Shown here: positions 1 to 15,000 of the stretch, one piece after another
Numbering within the stretch: position 1 is the first letter of the stretch
Layout: the number at the start of each line of letters is the position of its first letter
Source: Mobula hypostoma
Taxonomy: Eukaryota
DNA length: 64,000 nucleotides
Direction of reading: 5' to 3'
Assembly (NCBI RefSeq): GCF_963921235.1
Contig: NC_086100.1
Coordinates: 200,014,001-200,078,000, forward strand
The notes under the pieces: generated by a model
Told to the model about the DNA's origin: nothing
The model's input: only the letters and a program-made list of their open reading frames with translations
The model's database searches: none
Translations under genes and position numbers: made by a program

Positions 1-3000
1 ATACTGACTACTCAACAGGTATGAGCCTACACTGAGACCCAGCTCATACTGACTACTCAACAGGTATGAAGCGACACTGAGACCCAGCTGATACTGACCA
101 CTCAACAGGTATGAGCCTACACTGAGACCCAGCTGATACGGACTACTCAACAGGTATGAACCTACACTGAGACCCAGCTGATACTGACTGCTCAACAGGT
201 ATGAGCCTACACTGAGACCCAACTGATACTGACTGCTCAACAGGTATCAACCTACACTGAGACCCAGCTGATACTGACTGCTCAACAGGTATCAACCTAC
301 ACTGAGACCCAGCTGATACTGACTGCTCAACAGGTATGAGCCTACACTGAGACGCAGCTGATACTGACTACTCAACAGGTATGAGCCAACACTGAGACCC
401 AACTGATACTGACTGCTCAACAGGTATCAACCTACACTGAGACACAGCTGATACTGACTACTCAACAGGTATGAGCCTACACTGAGACCGAGCTGATACT
501 GACTACTCAACAGGTATGAGCCTACACTGAGACCCAGCTGATACTGACTGCTCAACAGGTATGAGCCTACACAGAGATCCAGCTGATACTGACTACTCAA
601 CAGGTATAAGCCTACACTGAGACCCAGCTGATACTGACTACTCAACAGGTATAAACCTACACTGAGACCCAGCTGATACTGACTACTCAACAGGTATGAG
701 CCTACACTGAGACCCAGCTGATACTGACTGCTCAACAGGTATGAGCCTACACTGAGACCCAGCTGATACTGACTACTCAACAGGTATGAACCTACACTGA
801 GACCCAGCTGATGCTGACAACTCAACAGGTATGAGCCTACACTGAGACCTAGCTGATACTGACTGCTCAACAGGTATGAACCTACACTGAGACCCAGCTG
901 ATACTGACTGCTCAACAGGTATGAGCCTACACTGAGACCCAGCTGATACTGACTGCTCAACAGGTATGAGCCTACAGTGAGACCCAGCTAATACTGACTA
1001 CTCAACAGGTATGAACCTACAGTGCGACCCAGATGATACTGACTACTCAACAGGTATGAGCCTACACTGAGACCCAGCTGATACTGACTGCTCAACAGGT
1101 ATGAGCCTACACTGAGACCCAGCTGATACTGACTACTCAACAGGTATGAACCTACACTGAGACCCAGCTGATACTGACTACTCAACAGGTATGAGCCTAC
1201 ACTGAGACCCAGCTGATACTGACTACTCAACAGGTATGAGCCTACACTGAGACCCAGCTGATACTGACTGCTCAACAGGTATGAACCTACACTGAGACCC
1301 AGCTGATACTGACTGCTCAACAGGTATGAGCCTACACTGAGACCCAGCTGATACTGACTACTCAACAGGTATGAGCCTACACTGAGACCCAGCTGATACT
1401 GACTACTCAACAGGTATGAGCCTACACTGAGACCCAGCTGATACTGACTACTCAACAGGTATGAAGCGACACTGAGACCCAGCTGATACTGACCACTCAA
1501 CAGGTATGAGCCTACACTGAGACCCAGCTGATACGGACTACTCAACAGGTATGAAGCTACACTGAGACCCAGCTGATACTGACTGCTCAACAGGTATGGG
1601 CCTGCACTGAGACCCAACTGATACTGACTGCTCAACAGGTATCAACCTACAGTGAGAACCAGCTGATACTGACTGCTCAACAGGTATGAGCCTACACTGA
1701 GACCCAGCTGATACTGACTGCTCAACAGGTATGAGCCTACACTGAGACCCAGCTGATACTGACTACTCAACAGGTATGAGCCTACACTGAGACCCAGCTG
1801 ATACTGACTGCTCAACAGGTATCAACCTACACTGAGACCCAGCTGATACTGACTGCTCAACAGGTATGAGCCTACACTGAGACCCAGCTGATACTGACTG
1901 CTCAACAGGTATGAGCCTACAGTGAGACCCAGCTGATACTGACTACTCAACAGGTATGAACCTACAGTGAGACCCAGATGATACTGACTACTCAACAGGT
2001 ATGAGCCTACACTGAGACCCAGCTGATACTGACTGCTCAACAGGTATGAGCCTACACTGAGACCCAGCTGATACTGACTACTCAACAGGTATGAACCTAC
2101 ACTGAGACCCATCTGATACTGACTACTCAACAGGTATGAGCCTACACTGAGACCCAGCTGATACTGACTACTCAACAGGTATAAACCTACACTGAGACCC
2201 AGCTGATACTGACTGCTCAACAGGTATGAACCTACACTGAGACCCAGCTGATACTGACTACTCAACAGGTATGAGCCTACACTGAGACCCAGCTGATACT
2301 GACTACTCAACAGGTATAAGCCTACACTGAGACCCAGCTGATACTGACTACTCAACAGGTATGAGCCTACACTGAGACCCAGCTGATACTGACTACTCAA
2401 CAGGTATGAACCTACACTGAGACCCAGCTGATACTGACTGCTCAACAGGTATGAGCCTACACTGAGACCCAGCTGATACTGACTACTCAACAGGTATGAG
2501 CCTACACTGAGACCCAGCTGATACTGACTACTCAACAGGTATAAACCTACACTGAGACCCAGCTGATACTGACTACTCAACAGGTATGAGCCTACACTGA
2601 GACCCAGCTGATACTGACTGCTCAACAGGTATGAGCCTACACTGAGACCCAGCTGATACTGACTACTCAACAGGTATGAGCCTACACTGAGACCCAGCTG
2701 ATACTGACTACTCAACAGGTATGAGCCTACACTGAGACCCAGCTGATACTGACTACTCAACAGGTATGAGCCTACACTGAGACCTAGCTGATACTGACTG
2801 CTCAACAGGTATGAACCTACACTGAGACCCAGCTGATACTGACTGCTCAACAGGTATGAGCCTACACTGAGACCCAGCTGATACTGACTGCTCAACAGGT
2901 ATGAACCTACACTGAGACCCAGCTGATACTGACTGCTCAACAGGTATGAGCCTACACTGAGACCCAGCTGATACTGACTGCTCAACAGGTATGAGCCTAC

Positions 3001-6000
3001 AGTGAGACCCAGCTGATACTGACTGCTCAACAGGTATGAACCTACACTGAGACCCAGCTGATACTGACTGCTCAACAGGTATGAGCCTACACTGAGACCC
3101 AGCTGATACTGACTGCTCAACAGGTATGAGCCTACACTGAGACCCAGCTGATACTGACTGCTCAACAGGTATCAACCTACAGTGAGAACCAGCTGATACT
3201 GACTGCTCAACAGGTATGAGCCTACACTGAGACCCAGCTGATACTGACTGCTCAACAGGTGGAGCCTACACTGAGACCCAGCTGATACTGACTGCTCAAC
3301 AGGTATAAGCCTACACTGAGACCCAGCTGATATTGACTACTCAACAGGTATGAGCCTACACTGAGACCCAGCTGATACTGACTGCTCAACAGGTATGAGC
3401 GTACACTGAGACCCAGCTGATACTGACTACTCAACAGGTATGAAACTACACTGAGACCCAGCTGATACTGACTGCTCAACAGGTATGAGCCTACACTGAG
3501 ACCCAGCTGATACTGACTACTCAACAGGTATGAGCCTACACTGAGACCCAGCTGATACTGACTACTCAACAGGTATGAGCCTACACTGAGACCCAGCTGA
3601 TACTGACTACTCAACAGGTATGAAGTGACACTGAGACCCAGCTGATACTGACCACTCAACAGGTATGAGCGTACACTGAGACCCAGCTGATACTAACTAC
3701 TCAACAGGGATAAAACTACACTGAGACCCAGCTGATACTGACTGCTCAACAGGTATGAGCCTACACTGAGACCCAGCTGATACTGACTGCTCAACAGGTA
3801 TGAACCTACACTGAGACCCAGCTGATACTGACTGCTCAACAGGTATGAGCCTACACTGAGACCCAGCTGATACTGACTGCTCAACAGGTATGAGCCTACA
3901 CTGAGACCCAGCTGATACTGACTACTCAACAGGTATGAGCCTACACTGAGACCCAGCTGATACTGACTACTCAACAGGTATGAAGCTACACTGAGACCCA
4001 GCTGATACTGACTACTCAACAGGTATGAGCCTACACTGAGACCCAGCTGATACTGACTGCTCAACAGGTATGAGCCTACACTGAGACCCAGCTGATACAG
4101 AATACTCAACAGGTATGAGCCTACACTGAGACCCAGCTGATACTGACTAATCAACAGGTATAAGCCTACACTGAGACCCAGCTGATACTGACTACTCAAC
4201 AGGTATGAGCCTACAGTGAGACCCAGCTGATACTGACTACTCAACAGGTATGAGCCTACACTGAGACCCAGCTGATACTGACTACTCAACAGGTATAAAC
4301 CTACACTGAGACCCAGCTGATACTGACTGCTCAACAGGTATGAGCCTACCCTGAGACCCAGCTGATACTGACTACTCAACAGGTATGAGCCTACACTGAG
4401 ACCCAGCTGATACTGACTACTCAACAGGTATGAAGCTACACTGAGACCCAGCTGATAATGACTGCTCAACAGGTATGAGCCTACACTGAGACCCAACTGA
4501 TACTGACTGCTCATCAGCTATCAACCTACACTGAGACCCAGCTGATACTGACTGCTCAACAGGTATCAACCTACACTGAGAACCAGCTGATACTGACTGC
4601 TCAACAGGTATGAGTCTACACTGCGACCCAGCTGATACAGACTGCTCAACAGGTATGAGCCTACAGTGAGCCCCAGCTGATACTGACTGCTCAACAGCTA
4701 TGAGCCTACACAGAGACCCAACTGATACTGACTACTCAACAGGTATGAGCCAACACTGAGTCCTAACTGATACTGACTGCTCAACAGGCATGAGCCTACA
4801 CTGAGATCCAGCTGATACTGACTACTCAACAGGTATGAGCCTACACTGAGACCCAGCTGATACTGACTGCTCAACAGGTATGAGCCTACACTGAGACCCA
4901 GCTGATACTGACTACTCAACAGGTATGAAGCTACACTGAGACCCAGCTGATACTGACTACTCAACAGGTATGAGCCTACACTGAGACCCAGCTGATACTG
5001 ACTGCTCAACAGGTATGAGCCTACACTGAGACCCAGCTGATACTGACTGCTCAACAGGTATGAGCCTACACTGAGACCCAGCTGATACTGACTACTCAAC
5101 AGGTATGAGCCTACACTGAGACCCAGCTGATACTGACTGCTCAACAGGTATGAGCCTACACTGAGACCCAGCTGATACTGACTGCTCAACAGGTATGAAC
5201 CTACACTGAGACCCAGCTGATACTGACAACTCAACAGGTATGAGCCTACACTGAGACCCAGCTGATACTGACTACTCAACAGGTATGAACCTACACTGAG
5301 ACCCAGCTGATACTGACTGCTCAACAGGTATGAGCCTACACTGAGACCCAGCTGATACTGATTACTCAACAGGTATAAGCCTACACTGAGACCCAGCTGA
5401 TACTGACTACTCAACAGGTATGAGCCTACACTGAGACCCAGCTGATACTGACTGCTCAACAGGTATGAGCCTACATTGAGACCCAGCTGATACTGACTAC
5501 TCAACAGGTATGAGCCTACACTGAGACCCATCTGATACTAACTACTCAACAGGTATAAACCTACACTGAGACCCAGCTGATACTGACTGCTCAACAGGTA
5601 TGAGCCTACACTGAGACCCAGCTGATACTGACTGCTCAACAGGTATGATCCTACACTGAGACCCAGCTGATACTGACTGCTCAACAGGTATGAACCTGCA
5701 CTGAGACCAAGCTGATACTGACTGCTCAACAGGTATGAACCTACAATGAGACCCAGCTGATACTGACTGCTCGACATGTATAAGCCTACACTGAGACCCA
5801 GCTGATACTGACTGCTCAACAGGTATGAGCCTACACTGAGACCCAGCTGATACTGACTACTCAACAGGTATGAGCCGACACTGAATCCCAGCTGATACTG
5901 ACTGCTCAACAGGTATGAACCTACACTGAGACCCAGCTGATACTGACTACTCAACAGGTATGAGCTTACTTTGAGACCCAGCTGATACTGACTACTCAAC

Positions 6001-9000
6001 AGGTATGAGCCTACACTGAGACCCAGCTGATACTGACAACTCAACAGGTATGAGCGTACACTGAGACCCAGCTGATACTAACTACTCAACAGGTATAAAC
6101 CTACACTGAGACCCAGCTGATACTGACTGCTCAACAGGTATGAGCCTACACTGAGACCCAGCTGATACTGACTACTCAACAGGTATAAGCCTACACTGAG
6201 ACCCAGCTGATACTGACTACTCAACAGGTATGAGCCTACACTGAGACCCAGCTGATACTGACTGCTCAACAGGTATGAGCCTACACTGAGACCTAGCTGA
6301 TACTGACTGCTCAACAGGTATGAACCTACACTGAGACCCAGCTGATACTGACTGCTCAACAGGTATGAGCTTACACTGAGACCCAGCTGATACTGACTGC
6401 TCAACAGGTATGAACCTACACTGAGATCCAGCTGATACTGACTGCTCAACAGGTATGAGCCTACACTGAGACCCAGCTGATACTGACTGCTCAACAGGTA
6501 TGAGCCTACACTGAGACCCAGCTGATACTGACTGCTCAACAGGTATGAGCCTACACTGAGACCCAGCTGATACTGACTGCTCAACAGGTATGAACCTACA
6601 CTGAGACCCAGCTGATACTGACTGCTCAACAGGTATGAGCCTACACTGAGACCCAGCTGATACTGACTGCTCAACAGGTATGAGCCTACACTGAGACCCA
6701 GCTGATACTGACTACTCAACAGGTATAAACCTACACTGAGACCCAGCTGATACTGACTACTCAACAGGTATGAGCCTACACTGAGACCCAGCTGATACTG
6801 ACTGCTCAACAGGTATGAGCCTACACTGAGACCCAGCTGATACTGACTACTCAACAGGTATAAACCTACACTGGGACCCAGCTGATACTGACAACTCAAC
6901 AGGTATGAGCGTACACTGAGACCCAGCTGATACTGACTACTCAACAGGTATGAGCCTACACTGAGACCCAGCTGATACTGACTGCTCAACAGGTATGAGC
7001 CTACACTGAGACCCAGCTGATACTGACTGCTCAACAGGTATGAGCCTACACTGAGACCCAGCTGATATTGACTACTCAACAGGTATGAGCCTACACTGAG
7101 ACCCAGCTGATACTGACTACTCAACAGGTATGAGCCTACACTGAGACCCAGCTGATACTGACTACTCAACAGGTATGAGCCTACACTGAGACGCAGCTGA
7201 TACTGACTGCTCAACAGGTATGAGCCTACTTTGAGACCCAGCTGATACTGACTACTCAACAGGTATGAGCCTACACTGAGACCCAGCTGATACTGACTAC
7301 TCAACAGGTATGAGCCTACACTGAGACCCAGCTGATACTGACTACTCAACAGGTATGAGCCTACACTGAGACCCAGCTGATACTGACTGCTCAACAGGTA
7401 TGAGCCTACACTGAGACCCAACTGATACTGACTGCTCAACAGGTATCAACCTACAGTGAGAACCAGCTGATACTGACTGCTCAACAGGTATGAGCCTACA
7501 CTGAGACCCAGCTGATACTGACTGCTCAACAGGTATGAGCCTACAGTAAGACCCAGCTGATACAGACTGCTCAACAGGTATCAACCTACAGTCAGAACCA
7601 GCTGATACTGACTGCTCAACAGGTATGAGCCTACACTGAGACCCAGCTGATACTGACTGCTCAACAGGTATGAGCCTACACTGAGACCCAACTGATACTG
7701 ACTGCTCAACAGGTATCAACCTACAGTGAGAACCAGCTGATACTGACTGCTCAACAGGTATGAGCCTACACTGAGACCCAGCTGATACTGACTGCTCAAC
7801 AGGTATGAGCCTACAGTAAGACCCAGCTGATACTGACTGCTCAACAGGTATGAGCCTAGACTGAGACCCAGCTGATAATGACTACTCAACAGGTATGAGC
7901 CAACACTGAGACCTAACTGATACTGACTGCTCAACAGGTATGAGCCTACACTGAGACCCAACTGATACTGACTGCTCAACAGGTATAAACCTACACTGAG
8001 ACCCAGCTGATACTGACTGCTCAACAGGTATGAGCCTACACTGAGACCCAGCTGATACTGACTACTCAACAGGTATGAGCCTACACTGAGACCCAGCTGA
8101 TACTGACTACTCAACAGGTATGAGCCTACACTGAGACCCAGCTGATACTGACTACTCAACAGGTATGAAGCGACACTGAGACCCAGCTGATACTGACCAC
8201 TCAACAGGTATGAGCCTACACTGAGACCCAGCTGATACGGACTACTCAACAGGTATGAACCTACACTGAGACCCAGCTGATACTGACTGCTCAACAGGTA
8301 TGAGCCTACACTGAGACCCAGCTGATACAGACTGCTCAACAGGTATCAACCAACACTGAGACCCAGCTGATACTGACTGCTCAACAGGTATCAAGCTACA
8401 CTGAGACCCAGCTGATACTGACTGCTCAACAGGTATAAGCCTACACTGAGACCCAGCTGATACTGACTACTCAACAGGTATGAGCCTACACTGAGACCCA
8501 GCTGATACTGACTACTCAACAGGTATGAAGCTACACTGAGACCCAGCTGATACTGACTACTCAACAGGTATGAGCCTACACTGAGACCCAGCTGATACTG
8601 ACTGCTCAACAGGTATGAGCCTACACTGAGACCCAGCTGATACTGAATACTCAACAGGTATGAGCCTACACTGAGACCCAGCTGATACTGACTAATCAAC
8701 AGGTATAAGCCTACACTGAGACCCAGATGATACTGACTACTCAACAGGTATGAGCCTACAGTGAGACCCAGCTGATACTGACTACTCAACAGGTATGAGC
8801 CTACACTGAGACCCAGCTGATACTGACTACTCAACAGGTATAAACCTACACTGAGACCCAGCTGATACTGACAGCTCAACAGCTATGAGCCTACACTGAG
8901 ACCCAGCTGATACTGACTACTCAACAGGTATGAGCCTACACTGAGACCCAGCTGATACTGACTACTCAACAGGTATGAAGCTACACTGAGACCCAGCTGA

Positions 9001-12000
9001 TACTGACTACTCAACAGGTATGAGCCTACACTGAGACCCAGCTGATACGGACTACTCAACAGGTATGAACCTACACTGAGACCCAGCTGATACTGACTGC
9101 TCAACAGGTATGAGCTTACACTGAGACCCAGCTGATACTGACTGCTCAACAGGTATGAACCTACACTGAGACCCAGCTGATACTGACTGCTCAACAGGTA
9201 TGAGCCTACACTGAGACCCAGCTGATACTGACTGCTCAACAGGTATGAGCCTACACTGAGACCCAGCTGATACTGACTGCTCAACAGGTATGAGCCTACA
9301 CTGAGACCCAGCTGATACTGACTGCTCAACAGGTATGAGCCTACACTGAGACCCAGCTGATACTGACTACTCAACAGGTATGAGCCTACACTGAGAACCA
9401 GCTGATACTGACTGCTCAACAGGTATGAGCCTACACTGAGACCCAGCTGATACTGACTACTCAACAGGTATGAGCCTACACTGAGACCCAGCTGATACTG
9501 ACTGCTCAACAGGTATGAGCCTACACTGAGACCCAGCTGATACTGACTACTCAACAGGTATGAAGCTACACTGAGACCCAGCTGATACTGACTACTCAAC
9601 AGGTATGAGCCTACACTGAGACCCAGCTGATACTGACTACTCAACAGGTATGAGCCTACACTGAGACCCAGCTGATACTGACTGCTCGACATGTATAAGC
9701 CTACACTGAGACCCAGCTGATACTGACTACTCAACAGGTATGAGCCGACACTGAATCCCAGCTGATACTGACTGCTCAACAGGTATGAACCTACACTGAG
9801 ACCCAGCTGATACTGACTACTCAACAGGTATGAGCCTACTTTGAGACCCAGCTGATACTGACATCTCAACAGGTATGAGCCTACACTGAGACCTAGCTGA
9901 TACTGACTGCTCAACAGGTATGAACCTACACTGAGACCCAGCTGATACTGACTACTCAACAGGTATGAGCCTACTTTGAGACCCAGCTGATACTGACAAC
10001 TCAACAGGTATGAGCCTACACTGAGACCCAGCTGATACTGACTACTCAACAGGTATGAGCCTACACTGAGACCCAGCTGATACTGACTACTCAACAGGTA
10101 TAAACCTACACTGAGACCCAGCTGATACTGACTGCTCAACAGGTATGAGCCTACACTGAGACCCAGCTGATACTGACTACTCAACAGGTATGAGCCTACA
10201 CTGAGACCCAGCTGATACTGACTACTCAACAGGTATGAGCCTACACTGAGACCCAGCTGATACTGACTGCTCAACAGGTATGAGCCTACACTGAGACCCA
10301 GCTGATACTGACTGCTCAACAGGCATGAACCTACACTGAGACACAGCTGATACTGACAACTCAACAGGTATAAACCTACACTGGGACCCAGCTGATACTG
10401 ACAACTCAACAGGTATGAGCCTACACTGAGACCCAGCTGATACTGACTGCTCAACAGGTATGAGCCTACACTGAGACCCAGCTGATACTGACTACTCAAC
10501 AGGTATGAGCCTACACTGAGACCCAGCTGATACTGACTGCTCAACAGGTATGAGCCTACACTGAGACCCAGCTGATACTGACTGCTCAACAGGTATGAAC
10601 CTACACTGAGACCCAGCTGATACTGACTACTCAACAGGTATGAGCCTACACTGAGACCCAGCTGATACTGACTACTCAACAGGTATGAACCTACACTGAG
10701 ACCCAGCTGATACTGACTGCTCAACAGGTATGAACCTACACTGAGACCCAGCTGATACTGACTACTCAACAGGTATGAGCCTACACTGAGACCCAGCTGA
10801 TACTGACTACTCAACAGGTATGAACCTACACTGAGACCCAGCTGATACTGACTGCTCAACAGGTATGAACCTACACTGAGACCCAGCTGATACTGACTAC
10901 TCAACAGGTATGAGCTTACTTTGAGACCCAGCTGATACTGACATCTCAACAGGTATGAGCCTACACTGAGACCTAGCTGATACTGACTACTCAACAGGTA
11001 TGAGCCTACACTGAGACCCAGCTGATACTGACTACTCAACAGGTATGAACCTACACTGAGACCCAGCTGATACTGACTACTCAACAGGTATGAGCCTACA
11101 CTGAGACCCAGCTGATACTGACTACTCAACAGGTATGAGCCTACACTGAGACCCAGCTGATACTGACTGCTCAACAGGTATGAGCCTACACTGAGACCCA
11201 GCTGATACTGACTGCTCAACAGGTATGAACCTACACTGAGATCCAGCTGATACTGACTGCTCAACAGGTATGAGCCTACACTGAGACCCAGCTGATACTG
11301 ACTGCTCAACAGGTATGAGCCTACACTGAGACCCAGCTGATACTGACTACTCAACAGGTATGAGCCTACACTGAGACCCAGCTGATACTGACTGCTCAAC
11401 AGGTATGAACCTACACTGAGACCCAGCTGATACTGACTACTCAACAGGTATGAACCTACACTGAGACCCAGCTGATACTGACTACTCAACAGGTATGAAC
11501 CTACACTGAGACCCAGCTGATACTGACAACTCAACAGGTATGAGCTACACTGAGACCCAGCTGATACTGACTACTCAACAGGTATAACCTACACTGAGAC
11601 CCAGCTGATACTGACTGCTCAACAGGTATGAGCCTACATTGAGACCCAGCTGATACTGACTACTCAACAGGTATGAGCCTACACTGAGACCCAGCTGATA
11701 CTGACTACTCAACAGGTATGAACCTACACTGAGACCCAGCTGATACTGACTACTCAACAGGTATGAGCCTACACTGAGACCCAGCTGATACTGACTACTC
11801 AACAGGTATGAGCCTACACTGAGACCCAGCTGATACTGACTGCTCAACAGGTATGAGCCTACACTGAGACCCAGCTGATACTGACTGCTCAACAGGTATG
11901 ACCTACACTGAGACCCAGCTGATACTGACTGCTCAACAGGTGGAGCCTACACTGAGACCCAGCTGATACTGACTGCTCAACAGGTATGAGCCTACACTGA

Positions 12001-15000
12001 GACCCAGCTGATACTGACTACTCAACAGGTATGAGCCTACACTGAGACCCAGCTGATACTGACTGCTCAACAGGTATGAATCTACACTGAGACCCAGCTG
12101 ATACTGACTGCTCAACAGGTATGAGCCTACACTGAGACCCAGCTGATACTGACTGCTCAACAGGTATGAGCCTACACTGAGACCCAGCTGATACTGACTA
12201 CTCAACAGGTATGAACCTACACTGAGACCCAGCTGATACTGACTACTCAACAGGTATGAGCCTACACTGAGACCCAGCTGATACTGACTGCTCAACAGGT
12301 ATGAGCCTACACTGAGACCCAGCTGATACTGACTACTCAACAGGTATGAGCCTACACTGAGACCCAGCTGATACTGACAACTCAACAGATATGAGCCTAC
12401 ACTGAGACCCAGCTGATACTGACTACTCAACAGGTATGAGCCTACACTGAGACCCAGCTGATACTGACTGCTCAACAGGTATGAGCCTACACTGAGACCC
12501 AGCTGATACTGACTACTCAACAGGTATGAGCCTACACTGAGACCCAGCTGATACTGACTACTCAACAGGTATGAGCCTACACTGAGACCCAGCTGATACT
12601 GACTACTCAACAGGTATGAGCCTACACTGAGACCCAGCTGATACTGACTACTCAACAGGTATGAACCTACACTGAGACCCAGCTGATACTGACAGCTCAA
12701 CAGGTATGAGCCTACACTGAGACCCAGCTGATACTGACTACTCAACAGGTATGAGCCTACACTGAGACCCAGCTGATACTGACTACTCAACAGGTATGAG
12801 CCTACACTGAGACCCAGCTGATACTGACTACTCAACAGGTATGAGCCTACACTGAGACCCAGCTGATACTGACTGCTCAACAGGTATGAGCCTACACTGA
12901 GACCCAGCTGATACTGACTGCTCAACAGGTATGAACCTACACTGAGACCCAGCTGATACTGACTGCTCAACAGGTATGAGCCTACACTGAGACCCAGCTG
13001 ATACTGACTGCTCAACAGGTATGAGCCTACACTGAGACCCAGCTGATACTGACTGCTCAACAGGTATAACCTACAGTCAGACCAGCTGATACTGACTGCT
13101 CAACAGGTATGAGCCTACACTGAGACCCAGCTGATACTGACTGCTCAACAGGTATGAGCCTACACTGAGACCCAGCTGATACTGACTGCTCAACAGGTAT
13201 GAACCTACACTGAGACCCAGCTGATACTGACTGCTCAACAGGTATGAGCCTACACTGAGACCCAGCTGATACTGACTGCTCAACAGGTATGAGCCTACAC
13301 TGAGACCCAGCTGATACTGACTGCTCAACAGGTATGAGCCTAACTGAGACCCAGCATGACTACTCAACAGGTATGAGCCACACTGAGACCAACTGATACT
13401 GACTGCTCAACAGGTATGAGCCTACACTGAGACCCAGCTGATACTGACTGCTCAACAGGTATGAACCTACACTGAGACCCAGCTGATACTGACTGCTCAA
13501 CAGGTATGAGCCTACACTGAGACCCAGCTGATACTGACTACTCAACAGGTATGAGCCTACACTGAGACCCAGCTGATACTGACTACTCAACAGGTATGAG
13601 CCTACACTGAGACCCAGCTGATACTGACTACTCAACAGGTATGAAGCTACACTGAGACCCAGCTGATACTGACTACTCAACAGGTATGAGCCTACACTGA
13701 GACCCAGCTGATACTAACTACTCAACAGGTATGAACCTACACTGAGATCCAGCTGATACTGACTGCTCAACAGGTATGAGCCTACACTGAGACCCAGCTG
13801 ATACTGACTGCTCAACAGGTATGAACCTACACTGAGATCCAGCTGATACTGACTGCTCAACAGGTATGAGCCTACACTGAGACCCAGCTGATACTGACTG
13901 CTCAACAGGTATGAGCCTACACTGAGACCCAGCTGATACTGACTACTCAACAGGTATGAGCCTACACTGAGACCCAGCTGATACTGACTACTCAACAGGT
14001 ATGAGCCTACACTGAGACCCAGCTGATACTGACTACTCAACAGGTATGAGCCTACACTGAGACCCAGCTGATACTGACTGCTCAACAGGTATGAGCCTAC
14101 ACTGAGACCCAGCTGATACTGACTACTCAACAGGTATGAGCCTACACTGAGACCCAGCTGATACTGACTACTCAACAGGTATGAGCCTACACTGAGACCC
14201 AGCTGATACTGACTACTCAACAGGTATGAGCCTACACTGAGACCCAGCTGATACTGACTACTCAACAGGTATGAGCCTACACTGAGACCCAGCTGATACT
14301 GACTACTCAACAGGTATGAACCTACACTGAGACCCAGCTGATACTGACAGCTCAACAGGTATGAGCCTACACTGAGACCCAGCTGATACTGACTACTCAA
14401 CAGGTATGAGCCTACACTGAGACCCAGCTGATACTGACTACTCAACAGGTATGAAGCGACACTGAGACCCAGCTGATACTGACCACTCAACAGGTATGAG
14501 CCTACACTGAGACCCAGCTGATACGGACTACTCAACAGGTATGAACCTACACTGAGACCCAGCTGATACTGACTGCTCAACAGGTATGAGCCTACACTGA
14601 GACCCAGCTGATACTGACTGCTCAACAGGTATCAACCTACACTGAGACCCAGCTGATACTGACTGCTCAACAGGTATAACCTACACTGAGACCCAGCTGA
14701 TACTGACTGCTCAACAGGTATGAGCCTACACTGAGACCCAGCTGATACTGACTGCTCAACAGGTATGAGCCTACACTGAGACCCAGCTGATACTGACTGC
14801 TCAACAGGTATGAGCCTACACTGAGACCCAGCTGAAACTGACTACTCAACAGGTATGAGCCAACACTGAGACCCAGCTGATACTGACTGCTCAACAGGTA
14901 TGAGCCTACACTGAGACCCAGCTGATACTGACTACTCAACAGGTATGAGCCTACACTGAGACCCAGCTGATACAGACTGCTCAACAGGTATGAGCCTGCA

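Noticed and set aside
1..45. Monomer built from older sub-repeats (three CTGA; CAGCTGATACTGA resembling CAACAGGTATGA)
   Set aside because: The similarity is short and needs gaps, so it cannot be distinguished from chance by eye.
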